This document shows, piece by piece, positions 10,250 to 19,749 of a stretch of DNA of 64,000 bases (position 1 is its first letter; every line of letters starts with the position of its first letter). The notes under the pieces were generated by a model that worked only from the letters and a program-made list of their open reading frames with translations, was not told the DNA's origin and made no database searches. The stretch covers positions 305,453-369,452 of the forward strand of contig JAHHIM010000065.1 in assembly GCA_019358915.1 (NCBI GenBank), in the 5' to 3' direction. The stretch is from Trichormus sp. ATA11-4-KO1. Lineage in GTDB: Bacteria; Cyanobacteriota; Cyanobacteriia; Cyanobacteriales; Nostocaceae. Both the position numbers and the translations under genes were made by a program.

Positions 10250-11308
10250 TCAAATTCCTTTGAATCCCATCTCAGCTTCTATCTCTTGTTGTGCTGGCGG
10301 AGATTTCACTTCATCCGGGGTAACTCTGCGGCGATTTTGACGCCAAATACCAACTTGGCTGAGAAATATACCAACTAAAATCAAGCTACCACCAATATAT
10401 TGAGCTAAAGTAGGGGCTTCACCCAAGATTATGTAAGCTGCTAGGATGCCTGCAATGGGGGTAAACGAGCCAACCAAGGAAGCCATAGATACCGTGGAAT
10501 CCCTCAAACCCTTGAGCCAAAAAGACTGACCTAAAACGATAATCACCACACCATAAACCAACATCCACTGCCAAAGGAAAGGCGAGAATACATCCATAAA
10601 ATGATCGCTGCTATAAAGCACTAAAGCACTAAAGAAAAAGATGACGGTTCCCAAGGCAGTCCGAAAGATATTGTAAATTCCTAACGGTATACGAGAAAGA
10701 TACTTTTTACTAATAACCGTGGACACAGTTATCGCCACCGCTCCGATCGCTGCCAAAAATTCCCCTATGCCTAGATTAAACCCTCCGATATTCATCATGG
10801 TTTGCCCTGGTAGCTGAAGCAGGATTGTGAGGGTAACGCCGACAAAAGCCGCGATCGCTCCGACAATTTCCCAAAGATTTACCCTCTCCCCTAACAGCCA
10901 AACTGATAAAGCCAAAATCAAGGGTGGTTCCAATCTACCTATCAAAATGACGTTATTAACTTCAGTGAACGCCAATGCTTGAAAAATTAAGCCGGGAGCT
11001 ATTGCTCCTGATAGGATGGCAACTACTGTCATAATCAACCAATCTTTGCGGGATATTTGCCTCAAAGTCGCTTTGCTCCACTGTTGCCCATAGATCAGTA
11101 TGAGAACCATCAAAGCGCACAGGTTGCCCACAAATAAAACGTTACACAGCGAAATGGGATTTCGACCATCTATTAAGTTTTGGGAACCGATTTCTGTCAG
11201 CTTGCGGGTAACTGCACCGGATGCTCCAAAAATCAGGATTGCTAGCCAGAGATAGGCTTGTCCGGGAATTTTGGAGATGAAACGATGCCATTTTCTCTGA
11301 CTAGCCAC
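10250..11308 (-). CDS. DMT/EamA family transporter
   Basis: About ten TM segments in two EamA repeats (LLGERV, ILGEAPT). Confidence 0.9.
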   Translation of the reverse strand: MASQRKWHRFISKIPGQAYLWLAILIFGASGAVTRKLTEIGSQNLIDGRNPISLCNVLFVGNLCALMVLILIYGQQWSKATLRQISRKDWLIMTVVAILSGAIAPGLIFQALAFTEVNNVILIGRLEPPLILALSVWLLGERVNLWEIVGAIAAFVGVTLTILLQLPGQTMMNIGGFNLGIGEFLAAIGAVAITVSTVISKKYLSRIPLGIYNIFRTALGTVIFFFSALVLYSSDHFMDVFSPFLWQWMLVYGVVIIVLGQSFWLKGLRDSTVSMASLVGSFTPIAGILAAYIILGEAPTLAQYIGGSLILVGIFLSQVGIWRQNRRRVTPDEVKSPPAQQEIEAEMGFKGI

Positions 11309-11612
11309 AATTACACCACTGCAATGAAATTGCTGTTAATGATACTAGGCTTCCCTGATTAAGTCTAGGTGAGGTCGATGTCAGCACAAATCACTGAGTA
11401 ATTTTGAAAACGAAGGAAGATGTTCGGAGGAAGGAGGAAGAAGGAATAACAAAAACTTTAGTTGTGGGTTTAAAGCCCACTTTTTAAAATGTGGGTCTCT
11501 TCTTCCCTCTTCCTTCGTGAACTCTGGCGATCGCTGACCAAGTGACTGTGATCTAGCCAGGCAAAACAAGTGAAAATAGCCATAAATCAAAATTTAAGGT
11601 GTCGAAGATATT

Positions 11613-12350
11613 ATGAATTGGGAAATCTTTATAGCTAGTTTTGCCGGATCTCTAATTGAATTAATCGAGATTCTCGGTATAGTCATCGTTGTCGGGAGGT
11701 TAGCAGGTTGGCGTAATGCGCTAGTTGGTTCAAGCGGTGGTATTGGCTTGACTTTACTGCTATCTCTAGTGTTAGGGAAGAGTTTAACTCTGATACCCGT
11801 AGATATTCTCAGAATTGTGGCGGGAGTTTTGTTACTACTGTTCGGTCAAAAGTGGACTCGTTCCATAGTCAAGTACTACGCCGGCATTCCTAAGAAGCGT
11901 AAAGATGATGAAGATAGGCTAGAAGCGGAACTAGCAAAAGATGGCAATCAATCTGGCTGGAACTGGTTTGCTGTGGTCACCACCTTTAAAGGGGCGCTAT
12001 TGGATAGTGTGGAAGTGGCGATCGCTGTAGTTACTTTGGGTGCTGCTGGAAGCAAATGGCTAGAGTCGATTAGTGGTGCTGGATTTGCGGCATTTAGCTT
12101 AATGGTATTTGCTTTCTTATTTAGAGCGCCACTCCAGCAAGTACCCGTGAAACCAATGAAGTTTGTAGCAGCAATGTTACTGATGGGATTTGGTCTCTAC
12201 TGGCTGGGTACAGGATTAGATTTTGAGTGGCCAGGTGGTCATTGGGCAATTATTTGGTTACCTCTAGCTTGGGGCGTGGGTATGGCGATCGCATCTGCAA
12301 TTTGGCGTTGGCGAGTAGGGTTGCAAAAGCCAGAGGAAGTTATCAGTTAA
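11613..12350 (+). CDS. COG4280-like membrane protein (possible cation transporter)
   Basis: Two internal repeats with acidic TM motifs SLIELIEILGIV and ALLDSVEVAIAV. Confidence 0.7.
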   Translation: MNWEIFIASFAGSLIELIEILGIVIVVGRLAGWRNALVGSSGGIGLTLLLSLVLGKSLTLIPVDILRIVAGVLLLLFGQKWTRSIVKYYAGIPKKRKDDEDRLEAELAKDGNQSGWNWFAVVTTFKGALLDSVEVAIAVVTLGAAGSKWLESISGAGFAAFSLMVFAFLFRAPLQQVPVKPMKFVAAMLLMGFGLYWLGTGLDFEWPGGHWAIIWLPLAWGVGMAIASAIWRWRVGLQKPEEVIS

Positions 12351-12391
12351 CATTATCTGTTGAAGCGATCACCGGGTGCAGGAGCATAAAA

Positions 12392-13624
12392 CTATACTTT
12401 CTCCTTTGCTGGCGGCACAATATTACTTTTTTGTAAACCTGCATCAATTTTTTTCAGTAGTTGAAAATCTTCTGCTGGTAAGGGATAACTATTACTGCTG
12501 AACAAACCTGCGCTGACAGTAGGCTGTTTTTCTAAAAAGGAGAATGCTTGTCGAAACTGATCCGGTGCTACTTTAATCGGTGAATTAAAATGACAAGGAA
12601 TAATCCACTGAAAATCCCAACTTGCCAGATGATTAGCCCAGTCGATGGTTTCCCTCGGTGCGCGGTTGAGAATCAGTGTCTGTAAAATCGGTGCGACAAA
12701 TAAACGACCATCCCCTCGTAGTGCATGAAACGATCGCTCCCAATCTTCCTGCCATTTAAAGGGAAATAACCCAAAATAAGCTTTTTTTGAGCGATTTGGG
12801 GCTTTAAGCGCATCGCGCAATACTTGACTCAATCCCAGTACTTCTAACATACTTGGTCGAAAGTATAGAGCAAATAGCGAGATACGCTGCCATCCCTTAC
12901 GGCGATTTGCTTGATTATCGGCAACGATTGCAGATGCTTTGTCTTTGGCATGGAATAGCAAGGGATATGGATCTAATTGCACGATCGCAGGTGGATCTTC
13001 TGGTACAGAAATTACTGAATCTGTAACTAACAGCGTTTGCGATCGCTTATGAAGAAATGCAACTTCCGCAAACCTTCCTGGCCCCAGCTCAATGGGTCCG
13101 AGAATTGCGTAGTCAAACTGGTCAGCAAATGGTGTTTGGCTGCTTGCTTCTGGTAGTACCTGAGTACGTTTAGGAGGTAAGCCCAGCCAACTAAGTGGTA
13201 AATTTAAGGGAAAGCTCCACTGATGAGGAGCCACAAAAATTTGGGCAGTGGGAAAGCATCTAGCAAAGGGGCCAACGAAGACTTTATGTTCTAGTCCAGA
13301 GATAGTTGGCAAAATAATGTACTTGATATCGCCATGTTCGGCAACCAACTCTTTGACTAACCTAATACACTCTCGAGTTGGCGCTACGGGAGCATATACC
13401 AAAAGACCGCCTTCATCTAACCGAACTACGGTCATGCGAATCGGCACCACCACATAGAAAATCCCCTGCAATTGGTCAAATGTCCAGATGGTGTCCTTAA
13501 TTACTTCTTTGCGGATTGTCCGCCGCTTACCATATGGGTAGAGTGGCAAAGTAAACCAGAAAGACCATGAAAAGTCCTGTTGATGAATTGGTTCTGTATT
13601 TCCCACGTGTTCATCTAGAGCCAA
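12392..13624 (-). CDS. DUF4336 family protein (metallo-beta-lactamase-like fold)
   Basis: PIRMTVVRL, GLEHKVF, TLLVTD and IIPCHF motifs. Confidence 0.8.
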   Translation of the reverse strand: MALDEHVGNTEPIHQQDFSWSFWFTLPLYPYGKRRTIRKEVIKDTIWTFDQLQGIFYVVVPIRMTVVRLDEGGLLVYAPVAPTRECIRLVKELVAEHGDIKYIILPTISGLEHKVFVGPFARCFPTAQIFVAPHQWSFPLNLPLSWLGLPPKRTQVLPEASSQTPFADQFDYAILGPIELGPGRFAEVAFLHKRSQTLLVTDSVISVPEDPPAIVQLDPYPLLFHAKDKASAIVADNQANRRKGWQRISLFALYFRPSMLEVLGLSQVLRDALKAPNRSKKAYFGLFPFKWQEDWERSFHALRGDGRLFVAPILQTLILNRAPRETIDWANHLASWDFQWIIPCHFNSPIKVAPDQFRQAFSFLEKQPTVSAGLFSSNSYPLPAEDFQLLKKIDAGLQKSNIVPPAKEKV

Positions 13625-14052
13625 TCTGCGACCCCTCCCAAATTCCCAATGCTCAAATTATTTTTCCGCACTCTCCATAAAGTTGGAGTTCAGCAAATTT
13701 TTGAGCCTACAACTTATGTTGTATCAAAAGTCTAGTATCTCATAACTCAGGCGGCAGACAGAAAACATCTCAAATCTGCCCGCAACTCTCTACCTTTCTT
13801 TGTAAATCTGCAAATTACTACTTTATAACTTAAAACAATTTACTAATTCATTTGATTTTTGGCATTATTTATACATTCGCTAATTAGTATTTTGTCTATT
13901 TATTTTATTGAAGATATAAGCTAAATCATTGACAATTTTTATGTTACTAAAATAGTATGTATGCAAATTCTAACTGCTGCATAGTAAAGCCCACGAGAAG
14001 AATTTGCTTGGAGAAAAGTAACAAGTAATAAAACAGAATTGGGATAAAGCTA

Positions 14053-14406
14053 ATGAACGCTAAAAATATCTCTGCCTTAGCAATTGTGGTAGCTTTTGCC
14101 AGCTTAGGAAGCCCGGTTCATGCTCAGTCACCAGAAGCACCTAATTCAAGTTCAGAAAGCCATACATTAACTGGTGATTCGCTGGAAGGAATTAGTACTA
14201 GAACAGCCCAAGATGATTTCGTCAATTTTTTTAATGGCAACAATTCAGCAGGTCTCTCTAACAATAGTGAGATCAATAATAATACCTTGGGTGGATTGCG
14301 GTTAAACGAATCAATATCACTGCCAAACACCCAAATATTATTGCAGCCGGCTCAGTCTGTAGATGGTAATGACGGAGTACAAGTACAGTTAGATTTGGGG
14401 AATTAA
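14053..14406 (+). CDS. Hypothetical exported protein
   Basis: Signal peptide ending VHA; low-complexity body; C-terminal GVQVQLDL. Confidence 0.7.
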   Translation: MNAKNISALAIVVAFASLGSPVHAQSPEAPNSSSESHTLTGDSLEGISTRTAQDDFVNFFNGNNSAGLSNNSEINNNTLGGLRLNESISLPNTQILLQPAQSVDGNDGVQVQLDLGN

Positions 14407-14415
14407 TAACCCTTG

Positions 14416-14441
14416 TAGAGACGTTGTATACAACGTCTCTA
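14416..14441. repeat. Perfect 26-bp palindrome (cyanobacterial dispersed repeat, possible terminator between convergent genes)
   Basis: TAGAGACGTTGTATACAACGTCTCTA. Confidence 0.75.
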
Positions 14442-14519
14442 AATTCTTTTGCGGAGATATCTATGTAAATTCTTTCCCATTGCCCATTTCCTTGAGTTTT
14501 TTTACAGGGAAATTTGCAT

Positions 14520-14618
14520 TCACTTAGTATCAATGCGACTGAAAAAAACCGCAGCTAGAACAATTAAACCCAACAATGCCAAAGGAACCCAGAGATTAGG
14601 CAAATCTGATAAATTCAT
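14520..14618 (-). CDS. Small single-TM membrane protein (32 aa), not in the ORF track
   Basis: Hand translation MNLSDLPNLWVPLALLGLIVLAAVFFSRIDTK*. Confidence 0.5.
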   Translation of the reverse strand: MNLSDLPNLWVPLALLGLIVLAAVFFSRIDTK

Positions 14619-14696
14619 CACGCAGCTATTTTACTAAGGTTTCCCAATCAGACAACAGGTGTAAACCCACAAACCCAGATTCCATCAGACTTTCTT

Positions 14697-14729
14697 AATT
14701 ACGAATTACGAATTACGAATTACGAATTA
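14697..14729. repeat. STRR heptamer tandem repeat (AATTACG)x4+
   Basis: Seen directly; second array at 38578-38611. Confidence 0.9.
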
Positions 14730-14781
14730 TTCCTGTTCAGGGATAATGCCTTGTATACAGCAACCTGCACGGAGAAGATAA

Positions 14782-17316
14782 ATGACATCTCCAGAAATGG
14801 TTATATGGCTACAAGAACGCACCCCTTTAGGAATTCTCTCACCTGCGGTGCTAGATGCGATCGCCCAAATCATTGAAGAAAAAGTTATCCCAGCACAACA
14901 CAACCTAGTTACCGAAGGTACTACCCCAGAAGCGCTTTACATTCTGCAACAAGGTCAACTCGAAAGTAAAACTAGTAATAAAAATAACCCGGCTTTAGCT
15001 TGTGGTTTTCTCCCTGGTGCAGTTATTCACCTCAAAGAATTGGTCTTAGATGAATTAACCCCCAGTACAATCACCACCGTCACTGAGTGTTACTTGTGGT
15101 TGGTACCTGCGGCTAAATTTCGCACCCTAATCAAGCAATACCCCGAAATTAATCAGGCGTTTTCCCGTCAATTAGCTCAAGAATTGGCGCAAGTCACATC
15201 TGCACTCGGCTATGAACAAGAACGTTCTGTAGCTTTGCGACCATATTTAGTTACCAAAGCCCAACGGGGAATTGTCGGTACAAGTCGCTATGCTGTGCGT
15301 CTGCGGGAGCAAATTAGAGAAGCCTCTAGCAGCAGTAAATCTGTAGAAATCTTTGGGGAACCAGGCTTAGAAAAAGATAACATAGCCGCCCTGATTCATT
15401 ATGGTTCTCCCAAACGGCGAGAACCAATGATTAAAGTTAATTGTGGCATCCTGCAAACTAGTGGCATGGATTTGTTCGGTCGGGCTGGCGGCAAACCTGG
15501 ACTATTAGAATGGCTAGGGGAAGGTACTATAGTTTTTAACAACATCCAAGATTTGCCCCAAGAATTATTACCGGCTGTGGCGCAATTGCTAGAAACAGGC
15601 GAATACTCCCCTGTCTCTCGTTCCGGAGAAACCCTTGCTACACCTCGCCCCTGTAAAGCCCGCATTCTCATTGTTTCCGAAAAAACTCAGCCGAGCATTG
15701 AACGGTGTGTGGGTATGGTGATTAAAGTGCCACCAATCCGGGTGCGGAAAACAGATATTCAAGCCCAGGTAGAATATTACACCAGTCTTTACGTGCGAGG
15801 GAAAGGTCTGCCTAAACCGCATATCACCCCGGAAGCTTTGCGGCGTTTACAGTCTTATGATTTTCCTGGTAATCTCAAGGAATTAAAAAATCTCGTGGAA
15901 CGGGCAATTGTCCAGCTAGGAGAGGGACGGGAGTTAACAGAAGAAATCTTCTGGTCAGCCCAAACGAAGAAAAAACAATTTCGCCTGAATCTTTTGAATG
16001 CTTATCCTGGGTTGCGGAAATTTCTGCGGAGTCCTTGGTGGCCCGATCGCATTAACTATGGCTTCACGGCGGCAGCTTTTGCAATTATCATCGGTATTTT
16101 ATTTATCGGCCCCCAAACACGCGATCGCAATTTCGTTTTAAATTTCTTTTGGGCTTGGTGGTGGCCTTTCTTTCTCTTTCTCTTCCCGTTTTTAGGTCGT
16201 GTGTGGTGCGCCGTCTGTCCCTTCATGATTTATGGGGAAATTACGCAAAAGCTTTCTTTATGGCTGTTTCCTAGAAAACTTAAAGGTTGGCCGAGACAAC
16301 AAGCTGAAAAATGGGGCGGATGGTTCTTATTCGGTCTATTTACCTTAATTTTCTTATGGGAAGAACTCTGGAATTTAGAAAATACTGCCTACCTTTCCGC
16401 TTGTTTGCTGTTGTTAATCACAGCAGGGGCCATGATTTTCTCAGCCCTGTTTGAGCGACGGTTTTGGTGTCGCTATCTTTGTCCTATTGGGGGAATGAAT
16501 GGTTTATTTGCCAAACTCTCCATGACGGAACTCCGGGCGCAGCAGGGCATCTGTTCTGCCTCTTGTACCACTTATCAGTGTTACAAAGGTGGCCCCGAAA
16601 AAGGCGAAGGTATGGAAACTAATGGCTGTCCGGTTTACTCTCATCCAGCCCAGTTGGAAGATAATCGAGACTGTGTGCTGTGTATGACTTGTCTCAAAGC
16701 TTGTCCCCATCGTTCCGTGGAATTTAATTTGCGCCCTCCTGGGATTGAACTATGGACAACTCATGTATCCCGCAGCTATGAAGTAGCATTATTGTTTTTG
16801 CTCTTGGGTGGAATATATCTGCATCGCTTACCAGAGTTGCAATCTTGGTTAGGGTTACAACTAGATTTAACTCAGTTTTGGCAACACCTGGGACTATCGC
16901 TGCTAACTTTAATTATCCCGACTGCTGTGATATTTGCAGGCTATGGCTTCATGAAACTCTTCAATTTTCGCCGTAAGCCGCGACCATTTGTCGAACTTGC
17001 CTATGGCTACCTACCATTGGTTTTAGGCGGTAACTTAGCTCATTACCTGCGTTTGGGTTTGGGTGAAGGTGGGCGGATTTTACCTGTAACCTTTGCTACT
17101 TTTGGTTTAAGCGGTGAACAATTACCAATTTTAGTGGCTCATCCGGCTGTAATTGACTTTTTGCAAGGTGTAACTCTGATTTTCTCAGTATTATTAACCA
17201 TAGTGTTAACCCAAAAAATTGCTCGACAACCCATGCGATCGCTTTTTTGGCAACACCTAGTAGCTGTTGGGCTGGGAGTTAGTATGTGGGCAATTATCGT
17301 ATCTTCAAGCTCATAG
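14782..17316 (+). CDS. cNMP-binding + sigma54-activator-like AAA+ + membrane 4Fe-4S (NapH/CcoG-like) fusion protein
   Basis: N-terminal cNMP domain; GEPGLEKD, KVPPIRVRKTDI, YDFPGNLKELKN; GRVWCAVCP, RFWCRYLCP, CVLCMTCLKACP; many TM helices. Confidence 0.88.
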   Translation: MTSPEMVIWLQERTPLGILSPAVLDAIAQIIEEKVIPAQHNLVTEGTTPEALYILQQGQLESKTSNKNNPALACGFLPGAVIHLKELVLDELTPSTITTVTECYLWLVPAAKFRTLIKQYPEINQAFSRQLAQELAQVTSALGYEQERSVALRPYLVTKAQRGIVGTSRYAVRLREQIREASSSSKSVEIFGEPGLEKDNIAALIHYGSPKRREPMIKVNCGILQTSGMDLFGRAGGKPGLLEWLGEGTIVFNNIQDLPQELLPAVAQLLETGEYSPVSRSGETLATPRPCKARILIVSEKTQPSIERCVGMVIKVPPIRVRKTDIQAQVEYYTSLYVRGKGLPKPHITPEALRRLQSYDFPGNLKELKNLVERAIVQLGEGRELTEEIFWSAQTKKKQFRLNLLNAYPGLRKFLRSPWWPDRINYGFTAAAFAIIIGILFIGPQTRDRNFVLNFFWAWWWPFFLFLFPFLGRVWCAVCPFMIYGEITQKLSLWLFPRKLKGWPRQQAEKWGGWFLFGLFTLIFLWEELWNLENTAYLSACLLLLITAGAMIFSALFERRFWCRYLCPIGGMNGLFAKLSMTELRAQQGICSASCTTYQCYKGGPEKGEGMETNGCPVYSHPAQLEDNRDCVLCMTCLKACPHRSVEFNLRPPGIELWTTHVSRSYEVALLFLLLGGIYLHRLPELQSWLGLQLDLTQFWQHLGLSLLTLIIPTAVIFAGYGFMKLFNFRRKPRPFVELAYGYLPLVLGGNLAHYLRLGLGEGGRILPVTFATFGLSGEQLPILVAHPAVIDFLQGVTLIFSVLLTIVLTQKIARQPMRSLFWQHLVAVGLGVSMWAIIVSSSS

Positions 17317-17388
17317 GGTAACGCACTGAATATAAATGGCGCGTTATTCCACTGGACTGACACAGCTAAAAAGTGCATTAAAATTTTC

Positions 17389-17441
17389 TTGTGGAACAGG
17401 CATCTTGCCTGTTCTGGGCGGGCTAGATGCCCACCCCACAA
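17389..17441. repeat. Short dispersed palindromic repeat pair
   Basis: TTGTGGAACAGGCATCTTGCCTGTTC followed by inverted GGGCGGGCTAGATGCCCACCCCACAA. Confidence 0.65.
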
Positions 17442-17498
17442 TAAGTTGTCAATTTAAAGGTCAAGTCACCACAAAAATATAAAAAGAATTATTATGGG

Positions 17499-17513
17499 TG
17501 GTAATGATTATCT
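17499..17513 (+). promoter_or_regulatory. Putative Zur box
   Basis: TGGTAATGATTATCT differs at 2 positions from the cyanobacterial Zur consensus TGATAATNATTATCA; 27 nt upstream of a COG0523 gene. Confidence 0.6.
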
Positions 17514-17540
17514 AAATTGTGAGAAAAAGGCATTTAAAGT

Positions 17541-18512
17541 ATGTTAACCGAAGAAATAATCAATACAGTGCCTGTTACTGTTTTGACAGGCTACCTAGGT
17601 GCAGGCAAAACTACTTTACTTAATCATATACTCACTTACGAACACGGCAAAAAAGTAGCCGTAATTGTTAACGAATTTGGGGAAGTAGGTATCGATAATC
17701 AATTGGTTATTGATGCAGATGAAGAAATTTTTGAAATGAATAATGGCTGCATCTGCTGTACAGTGCGGGGTGACTTAATTCGCATTGTTGGTAACCTGAT
17801 GAAGCGGCGTGATAAGTTCGATCATTTAGTAATTGAAACTACTGGTTTAGCAGATCCTGCGCCAGTAATTCAAACATTCTTTGTAGATGAAGATATGCAA
17901 AGTTTGCTGTCTTTAGATGCAGTCGTAACTGTTGTAGATGCCAAACATATTTGGCAACACTGGGATGCAGACGAAGCACAAGAGCAGATTGCCTTTGCTG
18001 ATGTAATTCTACTGAATAAAACTGATTTAGTGACACCTGAACAGTTAGATGAATTAGAAAAGCGGATTCGGGGAATGAATGCTATGGCTAAAATCTACCG
18101 TACCCGCAACTCTCAACTAGACATGGATGCCCTATTGGGTGTGAAAGCTTTTGACTTAGATCGCGCCTTAGAAATTGATCCAAATTTCTTAGGTGAAGAT
18201 GCCCACGAACATGATGAAAGTGTCTTTTCTGTAGCTTTGGTAGAAGCAGGTGCAGTCGATGGACAAAAACTCAATGCGTGGCTTTCAGAGTTACTACGTA
18301 CCCAAGGCCCAGATATTTTTCGGATGAAAGGCATTTTAAATATTGCCGGGGAAGATAATCGATTTGTGTTCCAAGGAGTACACATGATATTTGATGGCAA
18401 ACCCGATCGCCCTTGGAAAACCAATGAAACCCGTAAAAATGAACTAGTCTTTATTGGTCGCAATCTCAATGAAGCTCAACTCAAACAAGATTTTCGCGCT
18501 TGTCTAGCATGA
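17541..18512 (+). CDS. CobW/COG0523 family metallochaperone GTPase
   Basis: GYLGAGKTT, NEFGE, GCICC, ETTGLADP, NKTD and C-terminal FRMKG...LVFIG. Confidence 0.95.
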   Translation: MLTEEIINTVPVTVLTGYLGAGKTTLLNHILTYEHGKKVAVIVNEFGEVGIDNQLVIDADEEIFEMNNGCICCTVRGDLIRIVGNLMKRRDKFDHLVIETTGLADPAPVIQTFFVDEDMQSLLSLDAVVTVVDAKHIWQHWDADEAQEQIAFADVILLNKTDLVTPEQLDELEKRIRGMNAMAKIYRTRNSQLDMDALLGVKAFDLDRALEIDPNFLGEDAHEHDESVFSVALVEAGAVDGQKLNAWLSELLRTQGPDIFRMKGILNIAGEDNRFVFQGVHMIFDGKPDRPWKTNETRKNELVFIGRNLNEAQLKQDFRACLA

Positions 18513-18520
18513 ATTAGGGT

Positions 18521-18665
18521 ATTGGGCATGGGGCATTGGGAATGGGGCATGGGGCATGGGGCATTGGGCATTGGTCAAACACCTACCTCATCTGCCCCAT
18601 CCCCCTCATCTCCCCCATCCTCCCCGTCTCCCCCATCCTCCCCATCTCCCCCACTCCCCACTCCC
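18521..18665. repeat. STRR heptamer arrays (GGGCATG/GGGCATT then CCCCATC-like)
   Basis: Tandem G-rich then C-rich units between the cobW-like gene and the WD40 gene. Confidence 0.85.
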
Positions 18666-18674
18666 TTTTTACTT

Positions 18675-19709
18675 ATGAATCTCACAACCAATAAATCCCA
18701 AGGATTTGCAGAACACTATTCAGGGACGCTTTCAGATTACGTAACGGCGATCGCCTGGTTGCCCCAAGGTAAAACTTTAGCTGCTACTTCTGCTGCCGGG
18801 GAAGTAGTACTATGGAACAATGGCGAACTTATAACCCTGCAAACTGGTAATAGTAAATCAGTAGACTGTGTTGCTTTTTCCCCAGATGGCAAATTTTTAG
18901 CCGTTGGTGGACAAAATGGACAAGTCAAAATTTGGCAGGACACCGAATTAATCGCCACATTGGAAAATGCTCCTGCATGGGTAGACAAGCTGGCTTGGAA
19001 TCATACCAGCAACCAACTAGCTTTTAGTTTGGGGCGTTACGTGCAAGTATGGGACGCAGATACTCGGCAGATTGTCGTCACACTCAATTTTGACAACTCA
19101 TCGGTTTTAGGTATTGATTGGCGCAGCGATGGACAATATTTAGCTATCGGTGGCTATAAGGGCGTGAAAATTTGGCACAGCCAAAACTGGGATCAGGAAC
19201 CATATATCTTAGATATGGTTAGTGTCAGTGTCGCTATGGCTTGGTCTCCCGATGGCAAATTTTTGGCTTCTGGCAACATGGATCGGAGCGTTACCGTTTT
19301 GGAATGGGACAATCCTGATCCTTGGGTAATGCGTGGCTTCCCCGGAAAAATTCGTCAATTAGCATGGTCAGAAGCTACCACTAACCTAGGTGCGCCTCTG
19401 TTGGCATCCTCCAGTGTTGAAGGTATCGTAGTTTGGGAAAAGCTAGAAGATGAGGCTTTGGGTTGGGAAGCAAGAATTTTAACTAATCATGTAGATATTA
19501 TTACAGCGATCGCCTTTGCACCCAAAAGTTTCCTGCTTGCTTCCGCCGCAGCTGATGGCTGGCTATGTTTATGGAACGAAGCCAAGCAAGTTTCCCAAGT
19601 TCTCACAGGTGTAGCAGTCGGATTTTCCAGCCTAGCTTGGCATCCCCAAGGTAAATTCCTGGCTGCAGGAGGCGATCGCGGCGAATTACTCGTTTGGTCT
19701 AAATCCTGA
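18675..19709 (+). CDS. WD40 repeat protein
   Basis: Repeated AFSPDG/AWSPDG...VKIW/VQVWD units; ATG at 18675 chosen because the upstream extension is translated STRR. Confidence 0.9.
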   Translation: MNLTTNKSQGFAEHYSGTLSDYVTAIAWLPQGKTLAATSAAGEVVLWNNGELITLQTGNSKSVDCVAFSPDGKFLAVGGQNGQVKIWQDTELIATLENAPAWVDKLAWNHTSNQLAFSLGRYVQVWDADTRQIVVTLNFDNSSVLGIDWRSDGQYLAIGGYKGVKIWHSQNWDQEPYILDMVSVSVAMAWSPDGKFLASGNMDRSVTVLEWDNPDPWVMRGFPGKIRQLAWSEATTNLGAPLLASSSVEGIVVWEKLEDEALGWEARILTNHVDIITAIAFAPKSFLLASAAADGWLCLWNEAKQVSQVLTGVAVGFSSLAWHPQGKFLAAGGDRGELLVWSKS

Positions 19710-19749
19710 GATGGCTAACTGGGGTGTTTAATTGTATTGATCTGCCCAA

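Noticed and set aside
14697..14729. AATTACG arrays as iterons or CRISPR
   Set aside because: Ordinary Nostocales heptamer STRRs without spacers.
18522..18674. N-terminal extension of the WD40 ORF (MGMGHWEWG...PSSPP)
   Set aside because: It is translated STRR sequence; ATG at 18675 gives a normal start.
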